Origin: Candidatus Bathyarchaeia archaeon
GTDB lineage: Archaea; Thermoproteota; Bathyarchaeia; Bathyarchaeales; Bathycorpusculaceae
NCBI GenBank assembly: GCA_049512075.1
Contig: JBEKXL010000002.1
Coordinates: 32,001-96,000, forward strand
Length of the DNA: 64,000 bases
Direction of reading: 5' to 3'
The position numbers were made by a program, and so were the translations under genes. Positions within the stretch are counted from its first letter, which is position 1; the number at the start of each line of letters is the position of its first letter. Positions 1 to 9,819 of the stretch are shown here, piece after piece. Under the pieces are notes generated by a model, which had not been told where the DNA came from, ran no database searches, and saw only the letters and a program-made list of their open reading frames with translations.

Positions 1-158
1 ACCGAACGAAGAAAGAGCTGAATTTTCTGATTGCACACGGCTTCATAAACGAAGTCAACTTCGAAAACTCGAAGAAGTTCAGAGCAACAAAGTGGGGACT
101 AGAATACCTCGAAACATTCAAGCGCATGCGAAAGTTCTTCGCCGCACTAGAAAAATAG
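1..158 (+). CDS. Winged-helix transcriptional regulator, 3' part (runs off window start)
   Basis: Frame 3 reads RTKKELNFLIAHGFINEV...FRATKWGLEYLETF..LEK-stop(156-158); resembles a wHTH recognition helix/wing (L..GLI...T.KG..YL). Confidence 0.6.
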   Translation, partial: RTKKELNFLIAHGFINEVNFENSKKFRATKWGLEYLETFKRMRKFFAALEK

Positions 159-710
159 AAGACACTGGCACCTTTGGCTGCCGAACGTCCTTGATATTCA
201 ATGTTCACGCCCAGATTTGTCTACCATCGATCTGCGGCACCTTTCCTACAACACTAAATCCCAACATAAAGAGCAATAATAGGCAGGTGTGATTCGCCGT
301 CAGACCAGACAGTTTGAGACTACTAGATGTGTTCTCCTCATGTGCGTCGCCTTTTAAGGGATCCGTTGGCTTACCAATTCTCAACAAGAGAATGAGGTGG
401 TAAGAATGGCAAGACAAGTTAGAAGGAAAATGGGTTGGGACGAAGGATGCGACAATAAAATCGCTAACAGGACTGGACTCTCAGGTATCATCCACAACAT
501 CTTAGGACTCGATCATCGTGTACACGAACCTACATCTTCCATAACATATGGATGTATTGAGGGTTTTCGGGCACCCCTTAGCTTTGCATCGGCGAAAGAA
601 ACGGAAGCCCTGCTCAGAAGAGCCCGAATGCTTCAATGAGTGGGTACTAGTCACGAAATGTGAGTGCCCCTTTTAAAGTGGTGCAGCATGTTCAATGTGG
701 AGGGTGTGAA

Positions 711-1931
711 ATGAGCGGTAGAACATCAGTTCCTTCGAGGAGCACGATTACACTTGACAACGTGAACGGAGACCTAGAGATCGGTCGGCATGTGACCGTG
801 AAAGGATCTTCGTCACCGCCCAAGGTGACGGTTTCTGGCACCGTTCATTGCGAAGGCGACGATACCTTTGAATGCAGCCTTTCTGCGGAAAGCTTTGAAG
901 CTGAAGACAGTGTGACAGTTCACGGAGACCTAGAAATAAGAGACGAGGTTGAAGTTGAAGACGGCAGCTTGGAAGTCAAAGGAAACATGACCGCAGCGAA
1001 AGTTGACGTTGACGAGAGGTTGTGCGTGAGCAAGAACCTCACTGTTGAGGAAGTTGAGGTGGGAGGAAGCTTGAGGGTTGATGGAAACGTGAAGGCTGAA
1101 GACGTGGATATTGGCGGCACGTTTGAAGCCCAAGGCGAAGCTGTTGCAGACCGCATAGAGGCGGGGGGAAGCCTCAGGATAAGATCCAGGAGTGATATCA
1201 GGAGCTTGGAAGTAGGCGGCACTGCAAGCGTCGCGGGAGGAAGAATCCGCGAAATAGACGTGGGAGGGACTTTCGAGTCGGTGAGTCCTCTGGAATTTGA
1301 AGAAATCGACGTAGGCGGCACAGTGAGACTTGCGGGAAAGAGCAAGGGAGGCGTAATAGACGTCGGAGGTTCATTCAGGGTTGAAGGTGACTTGGAATTT
1401 GAAGAAATCGATGTGGGCGGCACGGTTGAGATAGCAGGCTTGACTCAAGGTTGCCACATGGAAGTCGGGGGCAAAGTTGACATCTCAGGCTCTCTGAAAC
1501 TCTCGGGAAGGCTGGAGGTGGGAGGAAGAGTGAATGTAAGTGAAGAAATCGCAACGAGAGACATAGAGATCGGTGGAACAGTGCGCGCACGCAAAATAGT
1601 AGCTGAAGAACGCGTGGAAGTCGGCGGTTCAATCACAACGAATGAAGGTGTAACTGCCCGCATCGTTGAAATAGGAAGAAGAGGCGAAGTGCACGGGCCC
1701 ATAAGGGCAGACAAGGTCATTATCGATAGGGATGCCCGCGCAGAAAATGTCTACGGAAGGGAAATCCTTCTGCGAACTGGCGCAAGCGCGGACAACATCT
1801 ACGGCCAGACAATTACAATCGAATCCTACTGTGACGTGCACGGCGAAGTGCAATATACTGACGAGTTGAGGGTAGGGGAAAAAGCTTCGCTTTCAAAACA
1901 GCCACAAAAAGTGGACAAGCTTCCATTTTAG
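711..1931 (+). CDS. Bactofilin-like / polymer-forming beta-helix repeat protein
   Basis: Many tandem [IV][DE]VGG[ST] repeats with ~17-aa spacing; GGAGGGTG RBS before ATG 711. Confidence 0.7.
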   Translation: MSGRTSVPSRSTITLDNVNGDLEIGRHVTVKGSSSPPKVTVSGTVHCEGDDTFECSLSAESFEAEDSVTVHGDLEIRDEVEVEDGSLEVKGNMTAAKVDVDERLCVSKNLTVEEVEVGGSLRVDGNVKAEDVDIGGTFEAQGEAVADRIEAGGSLRIRSRSDIRSLEVGGTASVAGGRIREIDVGGTFESVSPLEFEEIDVGGTVRLAGKSKGGVIDVGGSFRVEGDLEFEEIDVGGTVEIAGLTQGCHMEVGGKVDISGSLKLSGRLEVGGRVNVSEEIATRDIEIGGTVRARKIVAEERVEVGGSITTNEGVTARIVEIGRRGEVHGPIRADKVIIDRDARAENVYGREILLRTGASADNIYGQTITIESYCDVHGEVQYTDELRVGEKASLSKQPQKVDKLPF

Positions 1932-1942
1932 GGATAGAACCC

Positions 1943-2926
1943 TCAGGGTTTTTTGGGAACCGCTAGGTCGGCTATGTCCACGCTGTGTTCGTAGATTTGT
2001 CTCAGGAATGAGGCTGCTGAGAGGATTTGAGCAACGATGTCGAGTGACTGTGCTCTGGCAACTTCCTCGATTTTGGCAAACTCTTTCTCAACCTTATCCC
2101 GCATCCCCCGAACCTTCTCCGCCACGTCTATGGCGCCTGCCAAGAAAGCCGTCAGGGCGTCTTCGTGAGCTTCAAAGCAAATCGCGTGAAGAGCCAAAAA
2201 CTGTTTTCTCAGGTCTTCATCTAATTTTTCACCATCTAATTCAACCGTCTTCATGGATATGCGCACGCACTCGTCGCCAATGGCTTCCACGAGGCTTGCG
2301 GCCAAACGATAATCTAAACATTCAATCGGCCCAACACCCAGCTTTTCACTCAGACCCGGATTCTGAATTATCGTCCGAAGAATGCGAACAAGAAGGAAGT
2401 AGAGCCTGTTCCCCTCATCGTCCCTTGCCATCACACTCCTCGCCAACGCAACATCGCCATCCACGAAAGCCTTGGCAACGTCGCGGTGCATACTAGCAGC
2501 GATGGTGTACCCACGGCGCAGAATCTTTTCAGGCGGAAAACCCGATGGTTCCAACAAACACTGTAAAACAATGCTGGCATAATCCTCCTCAACTATCTCC
2601 AGCCCGACTAGATGACTAACCGTGTTTTTGACGGTATCTCGCATCTCAAAGCTAATGCGATCTCTTCCTTCAACGCGGATGGCATCAAAACCAAGTAGGT
2701 ACGTTCCAATGATTTCACGGCCCAAATAAGGCCCAGGTTTCAAGGTGGCAACACGCGGCGAAGGCTCAACACCGTGTTTCGCGTCTATGACCAGTTTGCC
2801 CTCACCCGTCTCGCTCAGAGCGAGAATCGATCCTTTCCTTAAGCCGTACTGTTCAGCCCAAGGCTTTGGCAGGCACACAAAAAAGGTACCGCCCGGAGTG
2901 CGTTGCACCTTGCGTAGTTCACTCAT
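1943..2926 (-). CDS. phoU: Phosphate uptake regulator PhoU with N-terminal AbrB-like domain
   Basis: RKVQRTPGGTFFVCLPKPW AbrB motif; PhoU-type DDE..RLY and E.IGD motifs; GGTGA RBS before ATG 2926. Confidence 0.85.
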   Translation of the reverse strand: MSELRKVQRTPGGTFFVCLPKPWAEQYGLRKGSILALSETGEGKLVIDAKHGVEPSPRVATLKPGPYLGREIIGTYLLGFDAIRVEGRDRISFEMRDTVKNTVSHLVGLEIVEEDYASIVLQCLLEPSGFPPEKILRRGYTIAASMHRDVAKAFVDGDVALARSVMARDDEGNRLYFLLVRILRTIIQNPGLSEKLGVGPIECLDYRLAASLVEAIGDECVRISMKTVELDGEKLDEDLRKQFLALHAICFEAHEDALTAFLAGAIDVAEKVRGMRDKVEKEFAKIEEVARAQSLDIVAQILSAASFLRQIYEHSVDIADLAVPKKP

Positions 2927-3362
2927 TGCATCACCAAGCATGTGACTATCGATTACTGCCATCTAACAAGAAACATCCCGTATAGATTAGCGTATTGTTG
3001 TTAGAACCAAAGAGTCGAAGTATGATCAACATACATGCTGCTGAGAAACCAGAAACGAGAACGGGTTTGAGGAAACAGAGAAGCGGAGGCGTGAAATCAG
3101 CGTTAGTAGGCTGCATGCCATTGCGGCACTCAACAATTGAAGTTTGCAAAGCCCGCTGCAGACTAAACACGTTAATAGAAGAAGAAGGATACAGAACAAT
3201 AGAAGTGCGTTCCGCCCCAGCAAGAGCACGTTATCTCCGATCAGAGAGACTTCGGAACAGTTGCGTTGAGGGGGATGTCTTCCACAGCCAAACCAAACAG
3301 AGGCGATGTGGGACGAGGAAGGAGCCTTCGTAGTCGCCCAGGACATGAATGGAGAACTCGGG

Positions 3363-4928
3363 ATGAGTGATGGAGAAAAACTGCAAAAAGCTGTAGAATT
3401 AACCCTTGCGGCAGGGTATCAGATGAATAAGGAAGCCTTCGAATTCTTAAACATAATAATGGCGACGGAAGACCCAGCCGAAGTCATGAGCAAAGCAATC
3501 AAACAGCTAGAAGAACTCGGACAAAGACCGTTCTTCATTGAAAGAAACTTTTTGGAACGAATGGTAGAAGTGGAGAAACCCGCAGAAGAAATTGCCGGCG
3601 AACCCCTTGAGGACCGGCCAGAGCCATTGATAGAACCACAAACGCCACAGATTACAGAGAGCAAGACGCCCTTCCACCCCTACGCAAAAGACGTTGACGC
3701 AAGCATCACCATAATCGACGACCCAAGCACCAAGCTTAGCTCAAGCGGAACAATCGAGGATTACCTAGAGTATTTCCAAGACCGATTCAAACAGACAGAG
3801 AAACTGCTCAGACAAAGAATGGATGTGAAAAGCGCAGCGTCAGTTATGGACGCCTTGAGGTCCCAGTCAGGGACGAGGCTCAAAATAATCGGCATGATAA
3901 CCGAGAAGAGAGAGTCGAAACAGAAGACGATACTCACGGTCGAGGATTTGACAGCGAACATGACCGTGCTTGTGCCCCAGAATGCCTCATCTGACCTTCA
4001 GAAAAAGGCACGGTTCCTCATGCTCGATCAGATTGTCTGTCTAGACGTGGTGAAAACAAGAAGCAATCTGCTAATCGCAGAAGACATTGTCCTACCAGAC
4101 GTACCTCAAAAAACACCTCACAAAGCTCCAGTGCCAGTCTATGCGGCACTTACCTCAGACATGCACGTTGGCAGCACAAAATTCACGCGAGAAGCCTTCG
4201 ACCGCTTCATATTGTGGCTCAACGGCAAATACGGCAATGAAAGGTCACGGGAAATTGCAAGCCACGTCAAGTATGTCCTAGTGGCAGGCGACATAGTCGA
4301 CGGTGTAGGAGTCTACCCTAACCAAGTGAAAGAGCTAGCCATCAAAGACGTGCACAAACAGTACAGGCTCGCCTCAAAGTACCTTGAACAAATCCCAGAC
4401 TACATAGAAGTAATAGTAACACCTGGAAACCACGATGCTCCCAGAAAAGCCTTGCCGCAGCCAGCAATAGCAGACACTTTCCTCGAGACCCTGCAGGACT
4501 CAAGAAAAGTCCGTTCCCTAGGCAACCCATGCACCCTCAGTCTGCACGGTGTTGAGATACTAGTTTTCCATGGACGCAGCTTGGACGATGTGATTTCAAC
4601 AGTGCCGGACATGAGCCACAACCATCCCGAAAAAGCGATGAGACTCCTGATGCAGAGCCGGCACTTGGCACCAGTATACGGTGGAAAAACACCCCTGTCT
4701 CCCGAAAACAGAGACCCGCTCGTCATCCAGCGAGTCCCAGACATTTTCCACGCCGGACACGTGCATGCATTAGAATACGCAAACTACCGCGGGGTGCTGA
4801 TCGTGAACTCAGGATGCTGGCAAGAACAAACAGACTACATGCGGAGAAACGGCTTCATGCCAACACCTGCCAAAGTTCCCGTTGTGAACCTTCAGTCCAT
4901 GGAAGTCACAGTTATTCCGTTCGCATGA
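3363..4928 (+). CDS. polB: DNA polymerase D small (proofreading exonuclease) subunit DP1
   Basis: OB fold plus calcineurin-like motifs SDMHVGS, GDIVDG, PGNHD, HGRS, HAGHVH; start may be 3306. Confidence 0.95.
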   Translation: MSDGEKLQKAVELTLAAGYQMNKEAFEFLNIIMATEDPAEVMSKAIKQLEELGQRPFFIERNFLERMVEVEKPAEEIAGEPLEDRPEPLIEPQTPQITESKTPFHPYAKDVDASITIIDDPSTKLSSSGTIEDYLEYFQDRFKQTEKLLRQRMDVKSAASVMDALRSQSGTRLKIIGMITEKRESKQKTILTVEDLTANMTVLVPQNASSDLQKKARFLMLDQIVCLDVVKTRSNLLIAEDIVLPDVPQKTPHKAPVPVYAALTSDMHVGSTKFTREAFDRFILWLNGKYGNERSREIASHVKYVLVAGDIVDGVGVYPNQVKELAIKDVHKQYRLASKYLEQIPDYIEVIVTPGNHDAPRKALPQPAIADTFLETLQDSRKVRSLGNPCTLSLHGVEILVFHGRSLDDVISTVPDMSHNHPEKAMRLLMQSRHLAPVYGGKTPLSPENRDPLVIQRVPDIFHAGHVHALEYANYRGVLIVNSGCWQEQTDYMRRNGFMPTPAKVPVVNLQSMEVTVIPFA

Positions 4929-5050
4929 TAAGCCAGACTCTTCGGCTCCTGCCTTGCCGATATATGGCAAGACCAAGTTCGAAAAAAGCCTGCGTTCTAG
5001 TCGAAAGATTTTAGTCCTCAGCCATTCCAGAAGGAACCAGAGGTGACATC

Positions 5051-5239
5051 ATGCCAGTAGTAATCGTGGAGATGTGGCAAGGAAGAAGCGAGGAACAGAA
5101 GGCAAAGCTCATCAAAGGTATCACAAAGGCGTTTGAGGACATGGACGTTCCAGCCGATCGCCTGCACATAATAATCCACGACGTGCCAAAATGCAACTGG
5201 GGCACATGCGGAGAACCAGCATCCAAGGCAAACCCATAG
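5051..5239 (+). CDS. 4-oxalocrotonate tautomerase family protein
   Basis: N-terminal Pro (MPVV), GRSEEQK, 62 aa, GAGGTGA RBS. Confidence 0.9.
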   Translation: MPVVIVEMWQGRSEEQKAKLIKGITKAFEDMDVPADRLHIIIHDVPKCNWGTCGEPASKANP

Positions 5240-5415
5240 ACGCGCGCCAATATCCTCAGTCCCCCAGACGTGAACACCCGTCCACACGCCAGCCTGTTTC
5301 AGCACAGTTTGTTATAACACAACATTACATCTGAACAAATAGAGGAAGGGGTCGATTCTGAAGGATATACCGTCCGTTTTCTTCATGGTTTATTACAATG
5401 ACAGATTGCATCTTC

Positions 5416-5436
5416 TTACAAACGAAATGAGGGGGT
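5416..5436 (+). promoter_or_regulatory. ORB-like Cdc6/Orc1 binding box downstream of cdc6
   Basis: TTACAAACGAAATGAGGGGGT, 15/21 identical to the box at 7217-7237; weaker copy at 5334-5355. Confidence 0.45.
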
Positions 5437-5645
5437 CGACGACAAGCGTTACAAAGCAACAACTTTGAAGGATATGACACGTTTCTGCTGAAGCACAGCT
5501 TCAACTCCCAGACACCACCGTTTTCGGGTGCCAGAGCCCAGACGAGACGCTAATCGCTGGTTGCATGAGAAGAGAGACAAAGTATGACTCTGCTTGCGAT
5601 TCGAATCGCGCGAGCTATATTTCCCTTTCACTTCGGTTTCATGCT

Positions 5646-6887
5646 TCAGTTGGGGTGTTTCATGAGGCATCTCGGGCTGTAATCGGTTAGACGACCGAGC
5701 CTACTGTCGCCAGCAAACACGTCCTTGATGGTGCTGCGTTGGATCTCCAACCGTATCTTCTTTGTACGACCATACCTTCCCATGCTCACAACCTTCGCGT
5801 TAACCAGCCCCATAGCGTCAAGCTCGTTCACCAACGTGCTCAACCGACGTTGCGTGAGAGGCGTGACACCCACTTCAGCACACAGTTCGTCATAGATTTC
5901 AGAAATCTCACCAGTGATCGCGCCGTTAGCGTTTGTCCTAGTCAAGTGGTAAACGCTCAAAACGACGAGCTTGGAATGCAGAGTCAGGTTCTGAAGACCC
6001 TCGAAAACACGGTTATGCTCAATATGTTTCTCAGCGTCACGCACGTGCTCTTCAACAACGACACCCGCCCCCTTCCGTTCCGCAACTTCGCCAGCCACAC
6101 GCAACAGATCCAGGGCTCGCCTTGCATCTCCGTGTTCAGCAGCGGCCAACGCGGCGCAGAGACCGAGAGCAGCATCAGACAGCGCGTTGTCGCAGAAAGC
6201 CGTCCTCGCACGTTCCGAAAGGATATTCCTCAGTTCGCTCGCATCGTAAGGCTTGAAGACAATCTCCTCTTCACTGAGTGAGCTGAGCACTCGTGGGTCA
6301 AGAAACTCTTTGAACCGAAGGTCGTTTGAGATGCCAATAAGTGTTACTTTGCTCTTGTTCAGGGTCTCATTTATCCTCGTTAACTCGTAGAGAAGGCGAT
6401 CGCCGCGTGATTTCACGAGCGCATCGGCCTCGTCTAGCACGATGATGAAGATTACCCTTGAAACGTCGAGCCCGGCCCTGAGTCTGTCAAAGACCTCACC
6501 TACAGACAACCCAGTGAAAGGGATAGACACGCCCATGCTTTGACACAGACTGGCGAAGACACGGTACTCGGACCCAGCCATGCGACAATTGACGTAGCAG
6601 AACTTTACAGGAGCGTTGAACTCCTTAGCCCTGAACTCAAGGTGGCTAAGCACATACCTTGTCACGGCTGTCTTGCCCGTGCCGGTTTTTCCATAAATAA
6701 ACAGGTTAGAACTTCTAGCGCCTTTGAGCACGGGAGCTACAGTTTCGCCAAGTCGTTTAATCTGTTCGCCCCTGTGAGGCAGCTTATCAGGAATATAGTC
6801 GTGGCGCAACACTTCCCGGTCCTTGAATATCCGCACGTTACTTACAAATCTCTCGAAAACATCGTCAAGAACATCGATGTCACTCAT
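5646..6887 (-). CDS. cdc6: Orc1/Cdc6 replication initiator
   Basis: Walker A GKTGTGKT, Walker B IVLDEAD, GDARRALDLLR, C-terminal wH with S.GRYGRT. Confidence 0.97.
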   Translation of the reverse strand: MSDIDVLDDVFERFVSNVRIFKDREVLRHDYIPDKLPHRGEQIKRLGETVAPVLKGARSSNLFIYGKTGTGKTAVTRYVLSHLEFRAKEFNAPVKFCYVNCRMAGSEYRVFASLCQSMGVSIPFTGLSVGEVFDRLRAGLDVSRVIFIIVLDEADALVKSRGDRLLYELTRINETLNKSKVTLIGISNDLRFKEFLDPRVLSSLSEEEIVFKPYDASELRNILSERARTAFCDNALSDAALGLCAALAAAEHGDARRALDLLRVAGEVAERKGAGVVVEEHVRDAEKHIEHNRVFEGLQNLTLHSKLVVLSVYHLTRTNANGAITGEISEIYDELCAEVGVTPLTQRRLSTLVNELDAMGLVNAKVVSMGRYGRTKKIRLEIQRSTIKDVFAGDSRLGRLTDYSPRCLMKHPN

Positions 6888-6899
6888 CCTAACCCATCC

Positions 6900-7500
6900 C
6901 GAAATTTCAAAGGCAACACCCCCCTTTCCTGTGCAGAGGGATAAGCTATGCCGTACAGAAAACTAAATGCACAACACCACAATCCTAAAAGAAGAGTAGG
7001 CTCACCGTGACGTTACCCGTTTCAAACATACACAGGCCCCACAATTTCCGCTGGAACTCTGTATTAATTCTTGAAATAATGCTGATCCCTTCCTCTTTAA
7101 AGAATATACTCTGAACGGTAAGTATGCACAAGCTATTATAATGATCACTGTTAAACATTTTAGATGGACACACGAAAAAGTTGCTGAACAAAGCACCTGT
7201 TAAACTTGATACCACATTCCAATGGAAACCAAGGGGTGGCCGTCGCCAGAAACTCAATATGATTCATGATTGTCCAAAACAAACCTAGTGTGGACTTTAA
7301 AATATTCACTAGCCTTTTTCAGCAAGACATGATGAAGCAGTAGTAACGAACACTCTGTTACACTCCTTTTCGTTCACTTTTTGTGAAGGCATTGTGAAGT
7401 TGATTTAGCAATGTCTGTTTTTCAGCCTTATTGATCAATTTATTGATTTATTTGTGGCTCTTTCTTGTGAAGGCACCACCCCACGGTTTCTACTGCAGAA
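6900..7500. other. Probable chromosomal replication origin (oriC)
   Basis: Non-coding AT-rich region upstream of cdc6 with ORB boxes at 7037-7057(-) GTTCCAGCGGAAATTGTGGGG, 7217-7237(+) TTCCAATGGAAACCAAGGGGT, 7478-7498(-) CTGCAGTAGAAACCGTGGGGT and a degenerate one near 6918-6936(-). Confidence 0.85.
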
Positions 7501-7673
7501 CCACATCCGCGTCAGGCTCAGCCAGTTCTAGTCCTTCTGCAACCGTGTGAAGGCTGTAACACCAAAGAAACTGCAAATCAGACTTTATTTCAATTTTCCT
7601 CTCCTTTGATTGATTCTCGATATTATGCGCTTCACCGTAACACCTATAACTTGTGAACTGTAAAGTTGTGAAC
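7381..7673 (+). repeat. Array of TGTGAA(GGC) direct repeats
   Basis: TTGTGAAGGC 7381 and 7465, GTGTGAAGGC 7545, TTGTGAAGT 7392, TTGTGAAC 7651 and 7666. Confidence 0.7.
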
Positions 7674-7697
7674 ACCACCTTTAGGTGCATACTGTTC

Positions 7698-8126
7698 ATG
7701 CCGGCGAGAAAAGTACGCGTGGATCTGTTCGACACTGAGGGGAATCGCTACTCGATAAGCTTCGAGGGGCAAGTGACCAGAGACAAGGCTTTGCGCCTCT
7801 TGGACCTTGTGGAATTGCTCGGGGGAATGCCTGCGGGTGGCAATCCGGGGAGTGGGTATATGGCACCCGGTAACGAGCTATCGAAGTACGACAAGGTGCG
7901 GGTCATCGTCCAGAGACACTTTCCGGCTGTCTGGTTTTCTTCGTTGGAGGTTCAATCCGTGTATGAGCAAGAGCTAAAAGAACCCATAAGCCTCAGCACA
8001 GTGTCCACATACTTGTCCAGATTGGCAGCGAAAGGGATAGTCCTGAGAACGGGGTCATCCAACAATTTGAGGTATAAAGCGGCTCAAGGTGTTCCGCAAG
8101 CAACTATAAAACAAAAGGTTACCTGA
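7698..8126 (+). CDS. Hypothetical protein with C-terminal winged helix
   Basis: FSSLEVQ..YE....ISLSTVSTYLSRL..KG wHTH; AGGTG RBS before ATG 7698. Confidence 0.75.
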   Translation: MPARKVRVDLFDTEGNRYSISFEGQVTRDKALRLLDLVELLGGMPAGGNPGSGYMAPGNELSKYDKVRVIVQRHFPAVWFSSLEVQSVYEQELKEPISLSTVSTYLSRLAAKGIVLRTGSSNNLRYKAAQGVPQATIKQKVT

Positions 8127-8226
8127 TGCAGCTCGAGTGAACTCATTTGCAAGCACGCGTGCTCGCAACGAATCAGCAAGCGCCACTTGTTTTACTTGCA
8201 GCATTTCATTCTGGGACCAGTACCGA

Positions 8227-8934
8227 TTATGTTGCTTCGCTTTTCTTCAGAAGCTTCTCCATCTCTTTCTTGACACTGTACTTAAATGGAATCTTCTGAG
8301 TCTCCCTTTCCAAATATCCTCCTTCGTAAAGCTTTTTCATCAGTCTGGCCGTATGTTCCCGACTGAGTTTGACTCTTTCCTTGATTTCAGGCGCAGTCTT
8401 GGCACCCTCAGAAACTAGCAATTCCAGCACCGCTACTTCGGTGTCGGTCAACTGAGCCATGGCTTTTTCCCTCTTTAATGGTATTACACCTTCAAAATGC
8501 GTTTCAGGCGCTATCTTGAACTGGTTAGCCTGTTCCTCTAGAGTGGAGATCTTGGAGGTAATCGCCTCTTGTGATGCAACAAAATCAGATGTTCTCTTTT
8601 CAACCTCGATCAGGCGCGTGGAAATGCCTTTTCTGTCCTCTGAATCGGCGGCAACTTTGCTTTCGAGAGCCCTCATCATTCCGTCAAGTTCCTCTGATTT
8701 TCTCGTAGCACCCTCAGTCCTCGACGCGGCAGCTTCAATTTTGTATCCGAGAGCTTCCAGCTTGCTGGCTTCATGTTTGAGTTGCCTGTTAAAGCTCAAG
8801 ACTATGTCCTCAACGGCGCCTCTGGCCTTCTCATACTCTCTTTGCGCCCTGTGAAGCTGCCTATAGTATTCGACTGCCGCAACAATGGTCGTACCGAGTA
8901 GTATGCTCAGAAGGACAAGCAATGGATCCGGCAA
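8227..8934 (-). CDS. Membrane-anchored coiled-coil protein with C-terminal MarR-like wHTH
   Basis: N-terminal hydrophobic helix LLVLLSILLGTTIVAAV, long charged helical middle, LTDTEVAVLELL...LSREHTARLMKKLYEGGYLER. Confidence 0.8.
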   Translation of the reverse strand: MPDPLLVLLSILLGTTIVAAVEYYRQLHRAQREYEKARGAVEDIVLSFNRQLKHEASKLEALGYKIEAAASRTEGATRKSEELDGMMRALESKVAADSEDRKGISTRLIEVEKRTSDFVASQEAITSKISTLEEQANQFKIAPETHFEGVIPLKREKAMAQLTDTEVAVLELLVSEGAKTAPEIKERVKLSREHTARLMKKLYEGGYLERETQKIPFKYSVKKEMEKLLKKSEAT

Positions 8935-8946
8935 CTAGCACGCCTC

Positions 8947-9233
8947 TGTGATTGTTCTGTGATTGTTTGTGATTCACACATGTTGCGTCACACATCACAA
9001 GTTTACCATTCAGAATTTAAGGATTATGGTGATCACCATCAGACAGGGCCCTCATGACGTCACACGTCACAGTTTGGATGGTAAATGTTGGAGGATGTTG
9101 TGCTCTGCGTAGGTTGCTGTATAACTCGAATTTGCGGTCCTTTTCAGATTTGCGGCCTCGTATTGTGTCCTGTCTTATTAGATGTTGTATGACCTGCACA
9201 ACCGCGTTTGAAGGTGTGATTTGTGACGTCACG
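8947..9233. repeat. Array of TGTGA(T/C)/(A/G)TCACA repeats, direct and inverted
   Basis: TGTGAT at 8947, 8958, 8968, 9215; TCACA at 8974, 8988, 8995; GGTGATCACC 9028; GTCACACGTCACA 9059; TGTGACGTCACG 9222. Confidence 0.75.
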
Positions 9234-9708
9234 AAACGGTTTCTGATGGACTTGAGAGCTGTTTTAGGCTTGATTCGAGCTGTTCTCTTATCATTTCTAT
9301 GACTTTTAGATGGTCGCCTAGCTCCTCGCCCTTGTTCGGGATGTCCTTGTAAGCCTCGAGGTACTCGTGAAGTTTGTTCGCGATTTCGAGGTAGGGGTCG
9401 AGAGTTGTGCTTTCGAAGACTCCTAAGTACCCTAGTAGTAGTACCGTGTAGATAGACTTTATGACGTTTTCTTTAGCCTGTCGTAGAGTCCTGTTAAAGG
9501 CGCCGCGGCTTATTTTAGCCTTCGTTAGTCTCAAGCTGGCCTTTTCGTCGTATTTTAGCGGTTTGCCCGCGATATTTTCGGATAGGATGTCTATTAGCAG
9601 TGTTTCAAGCTGGGTTTTTGTTAAATGGCTGTTCCTAGCGATGATTTTGACAATGGGGTCGTTTATGGAGCCTGTTAGCCAGGATTGTACGCTGTCTTTT
9701 AGCTTCAA
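9229..9708 (-). CDS. Hypothetical HTH protein
   Basis: LTKTQLETL...ISRGAFNRTLRQA resembles HTH_10/Tfx-like helix-turn-helix; GAGGT RBS. Confidence 0.7.
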   Translation of the reverse strand: MKLKDSVQSWLTGSINDPIVKIIARNSHLTKTQLETLLIDILSENIAGKPLKYDEKASLRLTKAKISRGAFNRTLRQAKENVIKSIYTVLLLGYLGVFESTTLDPYLEIANKLHEYLEAYKDIPNKGEELGDHLKVIEMIREQLESSLKQLSSPSETVS

Positions 9709-9819
9709 AGTCTTACCTCTGGAACATTGCTAAATGGATACGCTTTTGTATACTGGGTGCGCTTTTAAAGGTGCCGCTTCCGACGAGTCTAAGGGTTCTT
9801 TTGGAGATGCAAGATTCTT

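Noticed and set aside
160-660. Small ORFs 205-417 and 397-639
   Set aside because: No motifs or RBS support; cannot distinguish from non-coding or decayed DNA.
1581-1591. GCGCGC hexamers inside core genes as junction motifs
   Set aside because: Isolated GCGCGC is expected by chance at this GC content and lacks flanking TA; only intergenic or breakpoint copies were counted.
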